In this document: piece by piece, positions 45,261 through 55,460 of the stretch | How the letters are laid out: each line of letters begins with the position of its first letter | Position numbering within the stretch: position 1 is the stretch's first letter | From: a virus | Lineage: Duplodnaviria; Caudoviricetes | Reading direction: 5' to 3' (one strand) | IMG/VR virus record: IMGVR_UViG_3300043429_001367 | Coordinates: 1 to 55,610 of that record | Length of the DNA stretch: 55,610 nucleotides | Program-made: the position numbers and the translations under genes | Notes under the pieces: model-generated | Database searches by the model: none | What the model saw: the letters and a program-made list of their open reading frames with translations, nothing else | What the model was told of the DNA's origin: nothing

Positions 45261-46541
45261 ATGGGACAAACCAATGCTATTCGTGTTCAGTTCGATCCGT
45301 TTGAGTTGATAACGTCAAGCATTAACGCTGCAAGACAGGAAATGGCATTTACTGGTTATTTTCAAACTGGTGATGTTGTTTCCATTGTTTCGCGTGATGC
45401 CAACGGCTGTGTCCTTTCAACTCTTGCAACAGGTTTGACAGTTGGCGCGATTGAAGAGGGAACTGCTCTTGTCTTCAATACTCCTGTTGACACGACAACC
45501 GCACTTCCAGCTGGTGGTGTGGGTTGGTATGTCGTCGCTGATCCGATTGATGATGTGCAGGAAGCGATTGATCGGCTTTATCGCACAGGCGCTGAGAATC
45601 TTTTCCAGTTGGCTGAAGATGTCAACGACAGCGTTTCCGCTTTCCCTGGTGCCGGTCTTACGACTCTTTATGTTGATGATGTCAATCTTTTCCGGGCTGG
45701 TGACTCCGTTGTCATCACATCGGATCAGGGTGTTCTTGCAACAACAACGATTGATTCGGTTTTGATCAACGCTGATGAAATTAACAATCAGTCGGCTATC
45801 ATCATCGACAATGAATATGATTTCTCTTCCAATACTGGCATTCGCATTCTCAGTACAGATGTCACGACTCAGGATGTTGTGACTCGGCTTCGTGAGAACA
45901 TTGATGCGATCGACCAACCGATTGAAAACGAATACATTGGGGTTGGTGATTGTAATACGGTGGTGTTTGACACCAATAACCTTTTCCTTCAGGGCACATC
46001 GAAGCTTTTGCTCGATGGACGCCGTCTTCGTTTGGGAACTGCTGGCACAAGAGCGGAAGGTATCTTCGGTGCTGGCAACAGTGAGTTGACTTTTACGTCA
46101 ATGGTTCTCGGTCTTGCGGGCAATACAATTGACGTTTCCATTGTAAGTGCTTCGGGTTTTGATGTGACCGTTTCTGGCAGCCATGAGGCAGGAACACTTG
46201 CTGTTGTTGCGAACAATGATTCAGGAGCCGGAACAGCGGCTCAGATTGCGGCTGCAATCAACGCCGATACCGATGCACAGAAACTTGTTCAGGTTGTCTA
46301 TGGTGGAACGGGAGCGGGCACTGTCGGTGCTTTTGGTCTGACTGCCCTTTCAGGTGGTTTGGATGATGGAACAGGTGATTACGCCGAACTTCCACAGGTC
46401 TTTAACAACGAAATCAGTCAAACTGGCTATAAATGGTTGAGTCTGCATATCAGACCAGCTGAAAATAACCGTTTGAACTCCCCTCCGCGCGGGACTGAGG
46501 AACTGGTTGTTGACTATCGCAAAGCCCTGACCAACGCCTGA
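45261..46541 (+). CDS. virion structural protein with a sheath-like inserted domain
   Basis: AAQIAAAINAD...LSGGLD; C-terminus similar to the preceding gene. Confidence 0.7.
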   Translation: MGQTNAIRVQFDPFELITSSINAARQEMAFTGYFQTGDVVSIVSRDANGCVLSTLATGLTVGAIEEGTALVFNTPVDTTTALPAGGVGWYVVADPIDDVQEAIDRLYRTGAENLFQLAEDVNDSVSAFPGAGLTTLYVDDVNLFRAGDSVVITSDQGVLATTTIDSVLINADEINNQSAIIIDNEYDFSSNTGIRILSTDVTTQDVVTRLRENIDAIDQPIENEYIGVGDCNTVVFDTNNLFLQGTSKLLLDGRRLRLGTAGTRAEGIFGAGNSELTFTSMVLGLAGNTIDVSIVSASGFDVTVSGSHEAGTLAVVANNDSGAGTAAQIAAAINADTDAQKLVQVVYGGTGAGTVGAFGLTALSGGLDDGTGDYAELPQVFNNEISQTGYKWLSLHIRPAENNRLNSPPRGTEELVVDYRKALTNA

Positions 46542-46551
46542 TTTTTTGATC

Positions 46552-46587
46552 TTTGAGTATCTCGAAATGGATTTTGAGATACTCAAA
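46552..46587. other. intergenic stem-loop
   Basis: TTTGAGTATCTC...GAGATACTCAAA, 12-bp perfect stem. Confidence 0.6.
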
Positions 46588-46615
46588 AAATTTTGTGTAT
46601 GGGAAATGGAACTCA

Positions 46616-46984
46616 ATGGGACAAACCGATAGCACTAGAATTTATGTTCAGGAAGGTGCCTATACCTTTCCCTCTGTGATTCTGGCCTTCGTTCTTCAGG
46701 ATCTTGATCGTTTCGTCAACTCAACCAACACCTGGGTTACAATAACCAGGACATCAAATTACATTTCATCGGTTGAATATTTTTCTGATTCAGCAAAAAC
46801 CCTGAAAGTTTTTGAACATCAATATGGACGAACATCCAATCGAATCACTTCCATTACAGCGATTTATTATAACGCGAATGGAACGGAAGACAGCCGGGTA
46901 ACACATACTCTGACAAGAAATGGAAGTCAGCAGATTACAGATTCTGCAAATCCGTTTTCGACAAGTGAGTCTACAAAAATATGA
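46616..46984 (+). CDS. virion structural protein
   Basis: Begins MGQT like 45261; Thr/Ser/Asn-rich. Confidence 0.6.
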   Translation: MGQTDSTRIYVQEGAYTFPSVILAFVLQDLDRFVNSTNTWVTITRTSNYISSVEYFSDSAKTLKVFEHQYGRTSNRITSITAIYYNANGTEDSRVTHTLTRNGSQQITDSANPFSTSESTKI

Positions 46985-47412
46985 AATTTGCTGAAATACT
47001 CGCTTTAATAGAGGAACTTGTAAACCCGCCGGGTGGTGGAAGTGGTGTGACTCCACCTTTTGTTTTCAGTAAATCCGGTAATGCCACGGTTGGGACCTAT
47101 CTCAGAACGGGTGAGGCTGTCGGCAGCAAGACGGGACAGCTGATCAAGGGAACCAACTATATCGTTGAGATTAACGCATCCAACGGCAACAACGCTGGCT
47201 CGACGACAAGAATTCAATTTCAAAGACGCACAGCTGTCGCAACGTTTACAGACATAACAAATGCCTATGTTGATATTCCATCAGGAACTTACAAAGGTCA
47301 AAACACTGGGCTTGCCATTTCCCTTGGACCTGATGAGGAAGTGTCCTGCTATGTGAAAAGTGGATCGACCTTAAGCGATCCTGTTGTAACCTTGTTTTTA
47401 AGTCCTCAATAA
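46981..47412 (+). CDS. virion structural protein
   Basis: Gly/Thr-rich beta protein; ATGA overlap. Confidence 0.65.
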   Translation: MKFAEILALIEELVNPPGGGSGVTPPFVFSKSGNATVGTYLRTGEAVGSKTGQLIKGTNYIVEINASNGNNAGSTTRIQFQRRTAVATFTDITNAYVDIPSGTYKGQNTGLAISLGPDEEVSCYVKSGSTLSDPVVTLFLSPQ

Positions 47413-47424
47413 TAGGAAATTACA

Positions 47425-47883
47425 ATGCCGAAAATTTTAAAAAACCCGACTGGCATTGATCGAATCATAAGCGATACCGGGCAGACCATTTCAGGGTTTG
47501 ATGAACTTCTGATCAATCCAACTGACTATGGTTACTATGCACAGAGTCAGGAAACCCTGGATTATGTTTCGGGTGGTCTTCTTGTTGTCAATGATGGTCT
47601 CATTGATCTTCCTGTTGATGAGGCAATCCCTTTTCTTTCCCTGTCGGAAACAGCCAAAGGAATTCGTTTTGATCCTGCTGGTTCATCTCTCACTGCAACA
47701 AATGTTGAAGATGCCATAAAGCAGGTGACAGTCACTGGTGGTGATAGTTTTCCATGGAACATAATTCCGATTGGTTTGACGGTTATTGTTCCGCAGAATA
47801 AGCAAATGATTGTGTATCAGGAACTTGAAATAAGGTTAAGCGGTGAACTCGAACTCTTAGGTGAATTGGTGGTGATTGAATGA
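47425..47883 (+). CDS. virion structural protein
   Basis: LTATNVEDAI fibre-type motif. Confidence 0.65.
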   Translation: MPKILKNPTGIDRIISDTGQTISGFDELLINPTDYGYYAQSQETLDYVSGGLLVVNDGLIDLPVDEAIPFLSLSETAKGIRFDPAGSSLTATNVEDAIKQVTVTGGDSFPWNIIPIGLTVIVPQNKQMIVYQELEIRLSGELELLGELVVIE

Positions 47884-50462
47884 GCGCAATCGTATTGGTC
47901 GAACAGTCCCCGTTACTGACTCCAACGCCAACCTCGGGAAAGGTTCGTATTGGTGTTGATCTTTCCGGCAATCTTTTTTCAAAAGATGATGCTGGCAGCG
48001 TTATTATTTATGGCGCTGGCGTGACGACAGAACAAGTGGAAGACATCGTTGGCGGAATGCTTCAATCAACGTCAACCATTCAGGCTACCTATGATGATTC
48101 AGGCAGTCTGATATATTTTGATGTGCTCGCTGGCGGCGTCGATCATGATGCTCTTTTGAATTATGTGATAAATCAACACATTGATCATTCAACTGTATCA
48201 ATCAACGCCGGGACAGGTTTGACCGGTGGTGGTGATTTGACTGCCACACGAACCATTTCCATGCCGAGTGTAGGAACGGCTGGTTCCTATGGTTCATCAT
48301 CAGTGGTTCCTGTTGTCACAACCGATGCGCAAGGACGGGTGACGGGAGTCAGTCTTGCAACCATTACGCCTGTTGCCATTGGCGCTCAGCCGGTTGACGT
48401 GGATTTGACTGCTTTGGCCGCTTTGGCTGGAACAGGAATAATTGTCAGAAGCGGAAGTGGAACAGCTGTTGTGCGGTCGATTGCAGCTGGTTCCGGTTTG
48501 ACTGTAAACAACGGTGATGGAATATCCGGTGATCCAACCGTTGCCATGCCGAACACTGGAACGCCTGGGACTTACGGTTCCGGGACATCGGTGCCAGTTA
48601 TCACAACGGATGCTCAAGGCAGAGTGACTGGTGTTTCTCTTGCTTCGATTACTCCTGTTGGCATTGGTGCTCAACCTCTGGATGCTGATTTAACAGCTTT
48701 GGCGGCTCTTGTGGGCACTGGCCTTCTTGTTAGAACAGGTGCCGGAACAGCTGTTGTGCGGTCGATTGCTGCTGGCACTGGTTTGAGTGTAACGAATGGT
48801 GATGGAATATCGGGTGATCCAACTGTCTCGATGCCAAACACGGGGACACCTGGAACGTATGGATCAGCAACATCGGTTCCGATCATCACAACTGATGCTC
48901 AGGGACGTGTGACATCTGTCACTGTCGCTTCGATCACACCAGCCGGAATCGGAGCACAGCCTGTTGATTCTGATTTGACAGCTATCGCAGCACTGACAGG
49001 CGCTGGTCTGATAGTCAGGACGGGAACAGGCACTGCGACTACCCGTTCTGTTGTGGCAGGCACCGGCTTAAGCGGAACAAATGCAGATGGTATTGCCGGT
49101 GATCCAACTATTTCCATGCCCAATACAGGGACAGCGGGAACCTATGGATCAGCGACAGCAGTGCCTGTGTTTACAACGGATGCTCAAGGTCGCGTGACCG
49201 GCGTTTCCCCTGCGACTATAACTCCTGCTGGAATCGGCGCTCAGCCTTCTGATGCCGACCTGACTGCTTATGCAGCCCTTGTTGGAACCGGTTTGGTTGT
49301 GAGAACAGGAGCCGGGACAGCAACGACACGATCCATCACGGCTGGCGCGGGACTTTCCGTGACCAACGGGGATGGAATTTCCGGTGATCCAAGCGTTGCT
49401 ATGCCAAATGTTGGAACAGCCGGGACTTATGGCAGTACGTCTGTCGTTCCCGTAATCACAACGGATGCCCAAGGTCGCGTGACTTCCGTGAGTCTTGCAA
49501 CGATTACTCCCGCTACGATCGGTGCTCAGCCTTTGGACTCGGATTTGACGGCAATCGCTGCTTTGACCGGGACTGGACTTATTGTCAGAACAGGCATTGG
49601 TACTTCAATTGTTCGATCCATCGCAGCTGGCGCTGGCTTGACAATTTCAAACAGTGACGGTGTTGCTGGTGATCCAACTGTTGCGATGCCAAACACGGGG
49701 ACACCTGGAACCTATGGTAGTGCTTCCTCTGTTCCAGTATTTACAACTGATGCTCAGGGAAGAGTGACCAACGTCACTCCACAAGCAATAACACCTGCTG
49801 CAATCGGTGCTCAGCCTTTGGATTCAGATTTAACGGCTATTGCAGCACTCACTGGCACTGGTATTATTGTCAGATCAGGAGCGGGAACGGCAACGATACG
49901 ATCCATTGCAGCTGGTGCTGGTCTTAGTGTTTCAGATGGAGATGGTGTTGCTGGCAATCCGACTGTTGCCATGCCTAATGTAGGAACAGCTGGAACTTAT
50001 GGAACAGCATCCACCTATCCGATCATCACAACCGATGCTCAGGGACGAGTGACAAATGTCACAACACAGCTTGTAAGTGCTGTCTTTGGTTCAGAAGCAG
50101 AAGATTTTGAAGATTTAACAACAGCGACAACAACGTCAACAACATTCAGTGATGGAGCGTCCTTTACAACAGCAGTAAAATCCGTTGGTCGATTCAGAAT
50201 TGGTGTTTTCTTTAACTATGCAATTAACGTAAACAATGCTGATGCAAGATTTAGAATCACGGTCAATGGTGTTCAGCAAGGTCCAGAAAATAGGGTTGAA
50301 TCAAGCGAAACCGCTAACCAAAGCAATTGGGAATCAGGCTTTATTTATTATAATGTTCCATCTTCACAGGCTTTAACAATTGCTATTCAGTTTGCTGCTG
50401 AAACGGCAGGCAATACTGTATCTCTCTTTCAAACCAGAGTTGAAATTTGGAGGGTTTCATGA
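47880..50462 (+). CDS. tail fibre-like protein with 95-aa tandem repeats
   Basis: G/T/A/V-rich; TTDAQGRVT occurs seven times; distinct C-terminal beta domain. Confidence 0.85.
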   Translation: MSAIVLVEQSPLLTPTPTSGKVRIGVDLSGNLFSKDDAGSVIIYGAGVTTEQVEDIVGGMLQSTSTIQATYDDSGSLIYFDVLAGGVDHDALLNYVINQHIDHSTVSINAGTGLTGGGDLTATRTISMPSVGTAGSYGSSSVVPVVTTDAQGRVTGVSLATITPVAIGAQPVDVDLTALAALAGTGIIVRSGSGTAVVRSIAAGSGLTVNNGDGISGDPTVAMPNTGTPGTYGSGTSVPVITTDAQGRVTGVSLASITPVGIGAQPLDADLTALAALVGTGLLVRTGAGTAVVRSIAAGTGLSVTNGDGISGDPTVSMPNTGTPGTYGSATSVPIITTDAQGRVTSVTVASITPAGIGAQPVDSDLTAIAALTGAGLIVRTGTGTATTRSVVAGTGLSGTNADGIAGDPTISMPNTGTAGTYGSATAVPVFTTDAQGRVTGVSPATITPAGIGAQPSDADLTAYAALVGTGLVVRTGAGTATTRSITAGAGLSVTNGDGISGDPSVAMPNVGTAGTYGSTSVVPVITTDAQGRVTSVSLATITPATIGAQPLDSDLTAIAALTGTGLIVRTGIGTSIVRSIAAGAGLTISNSDGVAGDPTVAMPNTGTPGTYGSASSVPVFTTDAQGRVTNVTPQAITPAAIGAQPLDSDLTAIAALTGTGIIVRSGAGTATIRSIAAGAGLSVSDGDGVAGNPTVAMPNVGTAGTYGTASTYPIITTDAQGRVTNVTTQLVSAVFGSEAEDFEDLTTATTTSTTFSDGASFTTAVKSVGRFRIGVFFNYAINVNNADARFRITVNGVQQGPENRVESSETANQSNWESGFIYYNVPSSQALTIAIQFAAETAGNTVSLFQTRVEIWRVS
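48200..50070 (+). repeat. 285-bp coding tandem repeat, about 6.5 units
   Basis: Asp codon of DAQGR at 48324, 48609, 48894, 49179, 49464, 49749 and 50034. Confidence 0.95.
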
Positions 50463-50965
50463 GTTATTCATTTCAAATTTCAAGAGCGCCAATAACTTAC
50501 ACAACCAAGTATCATTTGTTTCACAAGGGTTTGAATGTAAATTTCACTGGATTCACTCAAACGGGTAGCATTGTCACTCTTTATTATTCGGTTCCACTGA
50601 CAGAGCAGCAGCAATCTGATATCCAGGTAGCAGATGTATCCTTCGTTGACAACGATCCATTGGAAACAATTAGGAATAATATACTTGTTCCCGCCAGAAC
50701 CTTTGGCCAGCTTTTGATTGATGATTTCGCAGCTGAAAATATTTTGCTTGGAATAACTCAGTCAGGCATGACCAATCAGATTAGAAAAACTTTAACAGAA
50801 GCAACTTTGTGTCTTTTAACTGGTTCTCTTTATGATGCAATTCATGAGGCAAGAGAAATTCCAGAAGAAGAAAAGGATGGAGTCTTTATAAACAACGCAA
50901 GACTTTTGAGTTTTATAAATCGGATTGAATCCTATCTTGGCCTTCCATTGAGCACAGAAGTATGA
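50459..50965 (+). CDS. hypothetical protein, possible fibre chaperone
   Basis: ATGA overlap directly after the fibre gene. Confidence 0.6.
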   Translation: MSYSFQISRAPITYTTKYHLFHKGLNVNFTGFTQTGSIVTLYYSVPLTEQQQSDIQVADVSFVDNDPLETIRNNILVPARTFGQLLIDDFAAENILLGITQSGMTNQIRKTLTEATLCLLTGSLYDAIHEAREIPEEEKDGVFINNARLLSFINRIESYLGLPLSTEV

Positions 50966-51462
50966 ACATTTTATTCGTAAATTCAGAAAAAATTGGAAGC
51001 AAGATAATCATGTATGGACTCGATAGCAACATAAGTCATGTCGCTATCGGTTTTGAGGATCATGAGTTTATATATCATGCAATTGGTGATAGGATTCAAC
51101 AAACAAAAATTCAGGATTTTTTCGATCATTACAACCTTATCGACTTCGTGGAATACAAGTTTTCTCCTTCCATCGAAAAAAAGTTTTTGAAAAAATTTTT
51201 GAAGTCAATTTGGTATCAGTCTTATGATTACAGGTCGATCTTTTATTTTGCCCTTGATCGTTTTAAAGTCAAATTTATGGGACGAAAGCCGTCCACGTTC
51301 AATCCCATGAATTCAGACACTTCAATGATTTGCACTGAAGTTTTATACGTTGTTGATGAAATTTATCATGATCTTTTTGGCAAAAACATCTTGCCTCTTG
51401 ATCTTGACTTATCCATAACTAAACCTTCAGACTTGAGGACAATCCTAAAAAAGACGGCATGA
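50962..51462 (+). CDS. permuted papain-like NlpC/P60 (YiiX-like) enzyme
   Basis: SHVAIG before YDY and MICTEVL (His precedes Cys). Confidence 0.7.
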   Translation: MNILFVNSEKIGSKIIMYGLDSNISHVAIGFEDHEFIYHAIGDRIQQTKIQDFFDHYNLIDFVEYKFSPSIEKKFLKKFLKSIWYQSYDYRSIFYFALDRFKVKFMGRKPSTFNPMNSDTSMICTEVLYVVDEIYHDLFGKNILPLDLDLSITKPSDLRTILKKTA

Positions 51463-52199
51463 GGTATTTTATGAAAAGGCTTTGTGGACTTTTTTCTTTT
51501 GTGTTCATTATTTCATGTGAGACAACAAAGACCGAAAGTCCAGGAACTGAGGAAATAAAAAAAAACCAAAAAGTTCAAACGGCAAGACCATCCTTGCCTT
51601 CAAAGCCTTTGATTGATTTTGAAAAGGAGGACATTGGCTGTCATAACTTTGAAAAGATTGCCATGCTTTCCTGCCTTAATCCTGAAATGGAAATACCCTT
51701 TCCTTATTGTGAACTCAATGATGCTTATGCCGTGGTTGGTATCCTGCCTTATGCCTACTGCACCAAAGATCCTGACATAATCGCTGCTCATCTGCCTTAT
51801 GCCAAAAAACATTACAGGGGTTCCACCGTTGGTCTGATGGAAAGATCGCTTGCCAGACTCCGTGGCCAGCCGATCAAATTTTCAAGACCGCTGATCTATC
51901 AGAAAGGCTTGTCCGGCTATAAAGCCTACCAGCTGATGTCCTCCATTCATCTTCAGTATTTTATCGCAGGCAGCTTCAGCAGCCCGATGAAAGCAATTGT
52001 TCAGGAGCATTCCCGCCGTGAGCCTGATTGTCTTTATTTTCAGTATCTGAATGATCTTATGACAGGAAAATGGAACCGAAGTCTTGCACTCGGATCGGAA
52101 GGCAAAAGCGATTGTGGTTATTACAAGCATTTCCAGCCTGAAACCATTAAGATTGACATATATTATGTCCAGCACCTTTTGCGTGAGGCGATTCAGTGA
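51459..52199 (+). CDS. lipoprotein
   Basis: FIISC lipobox. Confidence 0.7.
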   Translation: MRYFMKRLCGLFSFVFIISCETTKTESPGTEEIKKNQKVQTARPSLPSKPLIDFEKEDIGCHNFEKIAMLSCLNPEMEIPFPYCELNDAYAVVGILPYAYCTKDPDIIAAHLPYAKKHYRGSTVGLMERSLARLRGQPIKFSRPLIYQKGLSGYKAYQLMSSIHLQYFIAGSFSSPMKAIVQEHSRREPDCLYFQYLNDLMTGKWNRSLALGSEGKSDCGYYKHFQPETIKIDIYYVQHLLREAIQ

Positions 52200-52522
52200 G
52201 TTTGCAGGACGGAGAATGTCAATCCCTTGGCTCAAGGCTTCGCAGAATTGAGAATGCGACAATTGACGCCGTTTTCAATGATGCTCTTGATTTTTCTGTC
52301 GATGATTGGGTTTTGGAGGGTGCCTATTATGTCATTAACTATAGCCCTGCTCAGCATGGCAGCGGAAATCTTCCCATGATTCAGGCTTATGAAAAACAGG
52401 GAGCCGAATACTATTCGGTGTCATTCGATAGTATAATTTTACAGGCAGATGGTGCCTTTAAAATCCGTGTCCTATCCAATCCTGATCTAAGGTTTGAGGG
52501 ACGCCTTATCGTGGACGAATAA
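52196..52522 (+). CDS. hypothetical structural protein
   Basis: GTGA overlap; beta-rich. Confidence 0.6.
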   Translation: MSLQDGECQSLGSRLRRIENATIDAVFNDALDFSVDDWVLEGAYYVINYSPAQHGSGNLPMIQAYEKQGAEYYSVSFDSIILQADGAFKIRVLSNPDLRFEGRLIVDE

Positions 52523-52524
52523 CG

Positions 52525-53028
52525 ATGCCTGGAAGCTTGAGAACTCCGAAGCAGGAGAAGATGTGGAAGAGAGCCAAAAAGCATGTTGAGGACAGTCGCG
52601 GCTATGGTGAAGGTTCCTTCACCGACCAGGACTGGGGACTTGTGCAGACCATTTTTCAGCGGATCAAAGCCAAAAATGAGTCCACAAAACTGAATTTAAG
52701 TTCACTCACGGAAGCAAAAAAAAGAAAGCGCAAGCGCTGTGACTGTGGAGTGGGTTGTGACCGCTGTTATGGCGGTTGGTATTTCGCTCCATTTTACGGA
52801 CCTGGGGACGGCACTTCAGGCGCGGCCAGTGGACCATACACAGGCGCTGATGTTCCGAGTGGAGCCAAACCGGGAGCGGGTGGAATCAACAGTCCCTCAG
52901 TTCCAGCCGGTCCCAATTCCGGGATGGGACCAGCCGCACCGGGACCAGTGACAATGAGCCGCACTTTGGATTCCAGAGATTTTTTCAATGAAACATCAGA
53001 CCTGAAGCGATTCTTCGGAATCAGATAG
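52525..53028 (+). CDS. hypothetical protein, possibly virion
   Basis: MPGSLRTPKQEKMWKRAKK; LTE motif; Gly/Pro-rich tail. Confidence 0.6.
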   Translation: MPGSLRTPKQEKMWKRAKKHVEDSRGYGEGSFTDQDWGLVQTIFQRIKAKNESTKLNLSSLTEAKKRKRKRCDCGVGCDRCYGGWYFAPFYGPGDGTSGAASGPYTGADVPSGAKPGAGGINSPSVPAGPNSGMGPAAPGPVTMSRTLDSRDFFNETSDLKRFFGIR

Positions 53029-53035
53029 GAATCCC

Positions 53036-53260
53036 ATGCGATACGTTCACAACACTGATATGTATTCGATGAAAAATGACAAATCAATTCAGTATGAGCA
53101 AAGACCTTCGGTAAGCTTGAGAGATGCCTTGCTTGATACTATTGGTGAGGATGAAATTGTTATCGGTGATCCCACCAATTTCAATATTCGTGATCAGGTA
53201 AACACATTTGATCACGGCTGGGATCTTGATGAAGATGATGCATTTTTTATTTTGAGGTGA
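53036..53260 (+). CDS. hypothetical protein
   Basis: AGGA SD, acidic. Confidence 0.55.
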   Translation: MRYVHNTDMYSMKNDKSIQYEQRPSVSLRDALLDTIGEDEIVIGDPTNFNIRDQVNTFDHGWDLDEDDAFFILR

Positions 53261-53263
53261 TTC

Positions 53264-53752
53264 TTGGCTTCTCCAAAAGGCAAAGTGCCTGAAGCAAACT
53301 ATGTGCGAAGGATTGCCAAGGCACGCACACGCAGAATTGAAAAGCGTGTCGGAAAACCGATGATTTATGATGAAGAGACAATGCTTTATCTTCTTATGAA
53401 TCGGAAGGTTCCGACGATGGTTCAGCATTGCATTTTGAAAGTCAGAGAGAAGGTGAAGGGTTCACCGCACGAAAAGTTCATTTCCGCTTTCAATATTTGT
53501 GGCTGGGTTTTTCAAACCTATGGCTACATGAAAAAATCCCAGACTTCGATGGACATGACCGGCAAGGGCATTAAAAGAAATCGCCAGCATCAGAGGGAAA
53601 AGGAAGCATCTTCCAAAAACTCAAAGTATCAAAGTCTTGTCAGACAGCTTTGGGGACCTTCCATTGCAGCCCTTAAAAAGGAAAAGCCGGAAGACAGGCC
53701 GGAACCTCAAAAGCGAACAGGCAGAAAGCCAACCTATAGAAAGCCTAATTAA
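53264..53752 (+). CDS. hypothetical basic protein
   Basis: GAGGT SD before TTG. Confidence 0.65.
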   Translation: MASPKGKVPEANYVRRIAKARTRRIEKRVGKPMIYDEETMLYLLMNRKVPTMVQHCILKVREKVKGSPHEKFISAFNICGWVFQTYGYMKKSQTSMDMTGKGIKRNRQHQREKEASSKNSKYQSLVRQLWGPSIAALKKEKPEDRPEPQKRTGRKPTYRKPN

Positions 53753-53766
53753 CGGAAGGGATAAAT

Positions 53767-54753
53767 ATGATTCCGCAGTTTCGTCAAAACAAAATCTCTG
53801 GACTTAGCATCGCCTGGGCTCGCGCCTGTTGGGACTATGATCATAACTGCTATGCGTTTGTCACCGATGATGCCTATGAGATTCGCGTCACTGATCAATG
53901 GATGATGGAATATGGAGTGAGTGAGGAAGACCTTCTGGACTGCGTGACTCAGGTTGAGGAAGCCCTGGGCTCTCCTGAAGAGTATCGTCCATCGCTTGGT
54001 CTTTTCAAAAACTCGGGTTACTCAAACATTGGAACAACCATCCAATCGAGGACTCATCCGGCTGTGCGTTGCGTCTTCACGCCAACCAGCACTGAGGATG
54101 GTATGCCTGATGCCTATTTTGAGTGGTGGTTTGATCTTCAAAACCCTGCTGTCACTGATCTTAGAAGCTACCTCGATAACTTCAATCAGGCTTCAGGTGT
54201 TCGCATTTCAAATGTGACAATGTCGCCTGTCATGCCTTCCTATATGGAAGCGCAGGAATTTTTCCATGAAAATCATGGCAAGTTCAGTCCTCACTTCCGG
54301 GAAAGCTTTCTTTCGGAACTTTGGAAATATCATCAGACTTCCAATGTCGGCTTCAAGCGCAAGCTTTCCGAGGAAATTTTGCCAAAGTGGGTTTCTTTGA
54401 AAAAAAGTCTGAATGAAGAGACTGGCGACAGACAGCAGGATATTCTGAAGTGGATCGACAAATTGAAGGATGTCGTCGAACGTGAAACGAAGAAAAACAA
54501 ACCGGAATCTGTATGGAAGACCATTGGTTTTGACAAGGGACCAAAGTTTTTGCGCGTTTATACGCAGCAGATTCATGATGGTGGTCTTCCGCAAAAGAGT
54601 GCTGTCTACTTTATTGACAAGGAAGGTCAAATCTATAAAGCGGCTGGCTGGAAGGCTCCTGCCAAAGGCGTGCGAGGCACCATCGACTCTGTTGATCCCG
54701 AGGCTGTCGGTAAAATGCTGAGTCATACTCTTGGAATGCATCGGGTTCCATAA
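53767..54753 (+). CDS. hypothetical protein with a common phage C-terminal module
   Basis: [25 protein letters not shown], preceded by LSE/LNE motifs. Confidence 0.65.
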   Translation: MIPQFRQNKISGLSIAWARACWDYDHNCYAFVTDDAYEIRVTDQWMMEYGVSEEDLLDCVTQVEEALGSPEEYRPSLGLFKNSGYSNIGTTIQSRTHPAVRCVFTPTSTEDGMPDAYFEWWFDLQNPAVTDLRSYLDNFNQASGVRISNVTMSPVMPSYMEAQEFFHENHGKFSPHFRESFLSELWKYHQTSNVGFKRKLSEEILPKWVSLKKSLNEETGDRQQDILKWIDKLKDVVERETKKNKPESVWKTIGFDKGPKFLRVYTQQIHDGGLPQKSAVYFIDKEGQIYKAAGWKAPAKGVRGTIDSVDPEAVGKMLSHTLGMHRVP

Positions 54754-54766
54754 AGGAAATTTTGTT

Positions 54767-55165
54767 ATGAGCGAATTCAAGCCAATTTTGTGTATTGATT
54801 TTGATGGTGTGATTCATAGCTATGAGCGTGGCTGGCAAGGCGGGGAAATCTATGGGACCGTGGTCCCTGGATTTTTTGAATGGGCAATCAAAGCTTCTGA
54901 AAAGTTTAAACTGGTCATTTATTCTTCACGCAGCAAAGATCGGTCGATGCGTGAAGCAATGCAGGTTTGGATGAAAAAACAGGCAAGTCTTTGCCCGCCT
55001 GATCTTGATATTGATTTGGTTTTTGAGTTTGCACACGAAAAACCGCCAGCCTTTGTTATGATTGATGATCGTGCGGTTCAGTTCAAAGGCGACTGGAATG
55101 CTCCCGAACTTTCGCCTGAGAATTTGAGATCGTTCAAACCATGGATGCAAAAGGAAGAGACATGA
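54767..55165 (+). CDS. HAD-superfamily phosphatase
   Basis: [20 protein letters not shown]. Confidence 0.85.
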   Translation: MSEFKPILCIDFDGVIHSYERGWQGGEIYGTVVPGFFEWAIKASEKFKLVIYSSRSKDRSMREAMQVWMKKQASLCPPDLDIDLVFEFAHEKPPAFVMIDDRAVQFKGDWNAPELSPENLRSFKPWMQKEET

Positions 55166-55458
55166 AATTCACCGGAACTGGCATGCGGAATGAACTCAAT
55201 TTCTGCATGGAAGCTTTTTTGGTCAAGGAAAGGTTTTTGACGGATGAAGATCCAACGGTTGTAATCGGTAAAGCGATTGAAGCCATTCAATCTCATCTCT
55301 CTGCAGTTCAAAAAGCCTATAACGATGGTTCATCTGATAGAAATGCGATTTCATCTGAGGTATCTGGTCACTTTGTAGAGATTGCCAGCATCGCAAATGA
55401 AGCAGCTTCTGTTTTGCAATCAGCTTCAGAACCTGAAGACAACAACCGGAGTATTTGA
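55141..55458 (+). CDS. hypothetical protein
   Basis: Helical ORF; start may be about 20 nt downstream (MKFTG). Confidence 0.55.
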   Translation: MDAKGRDMKFTGTGMRNELNFCMEAFLVKERFLTDEDPTVVIGKAIEAIQSHLSAVQKAYNDGSSDRNAISSEVSGHFVEIASIANEAASVLQSASEPEDNNRSI

Positions 55459-55460
55459 AC

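Noticed and set aside
48200-50070. CRISPR array or DGR template/variable repeats
   Set aside because: These are in-frame coding repeats with no spacers and no evident adenine-specific variation, and no RT or cas gene was seen in the window.
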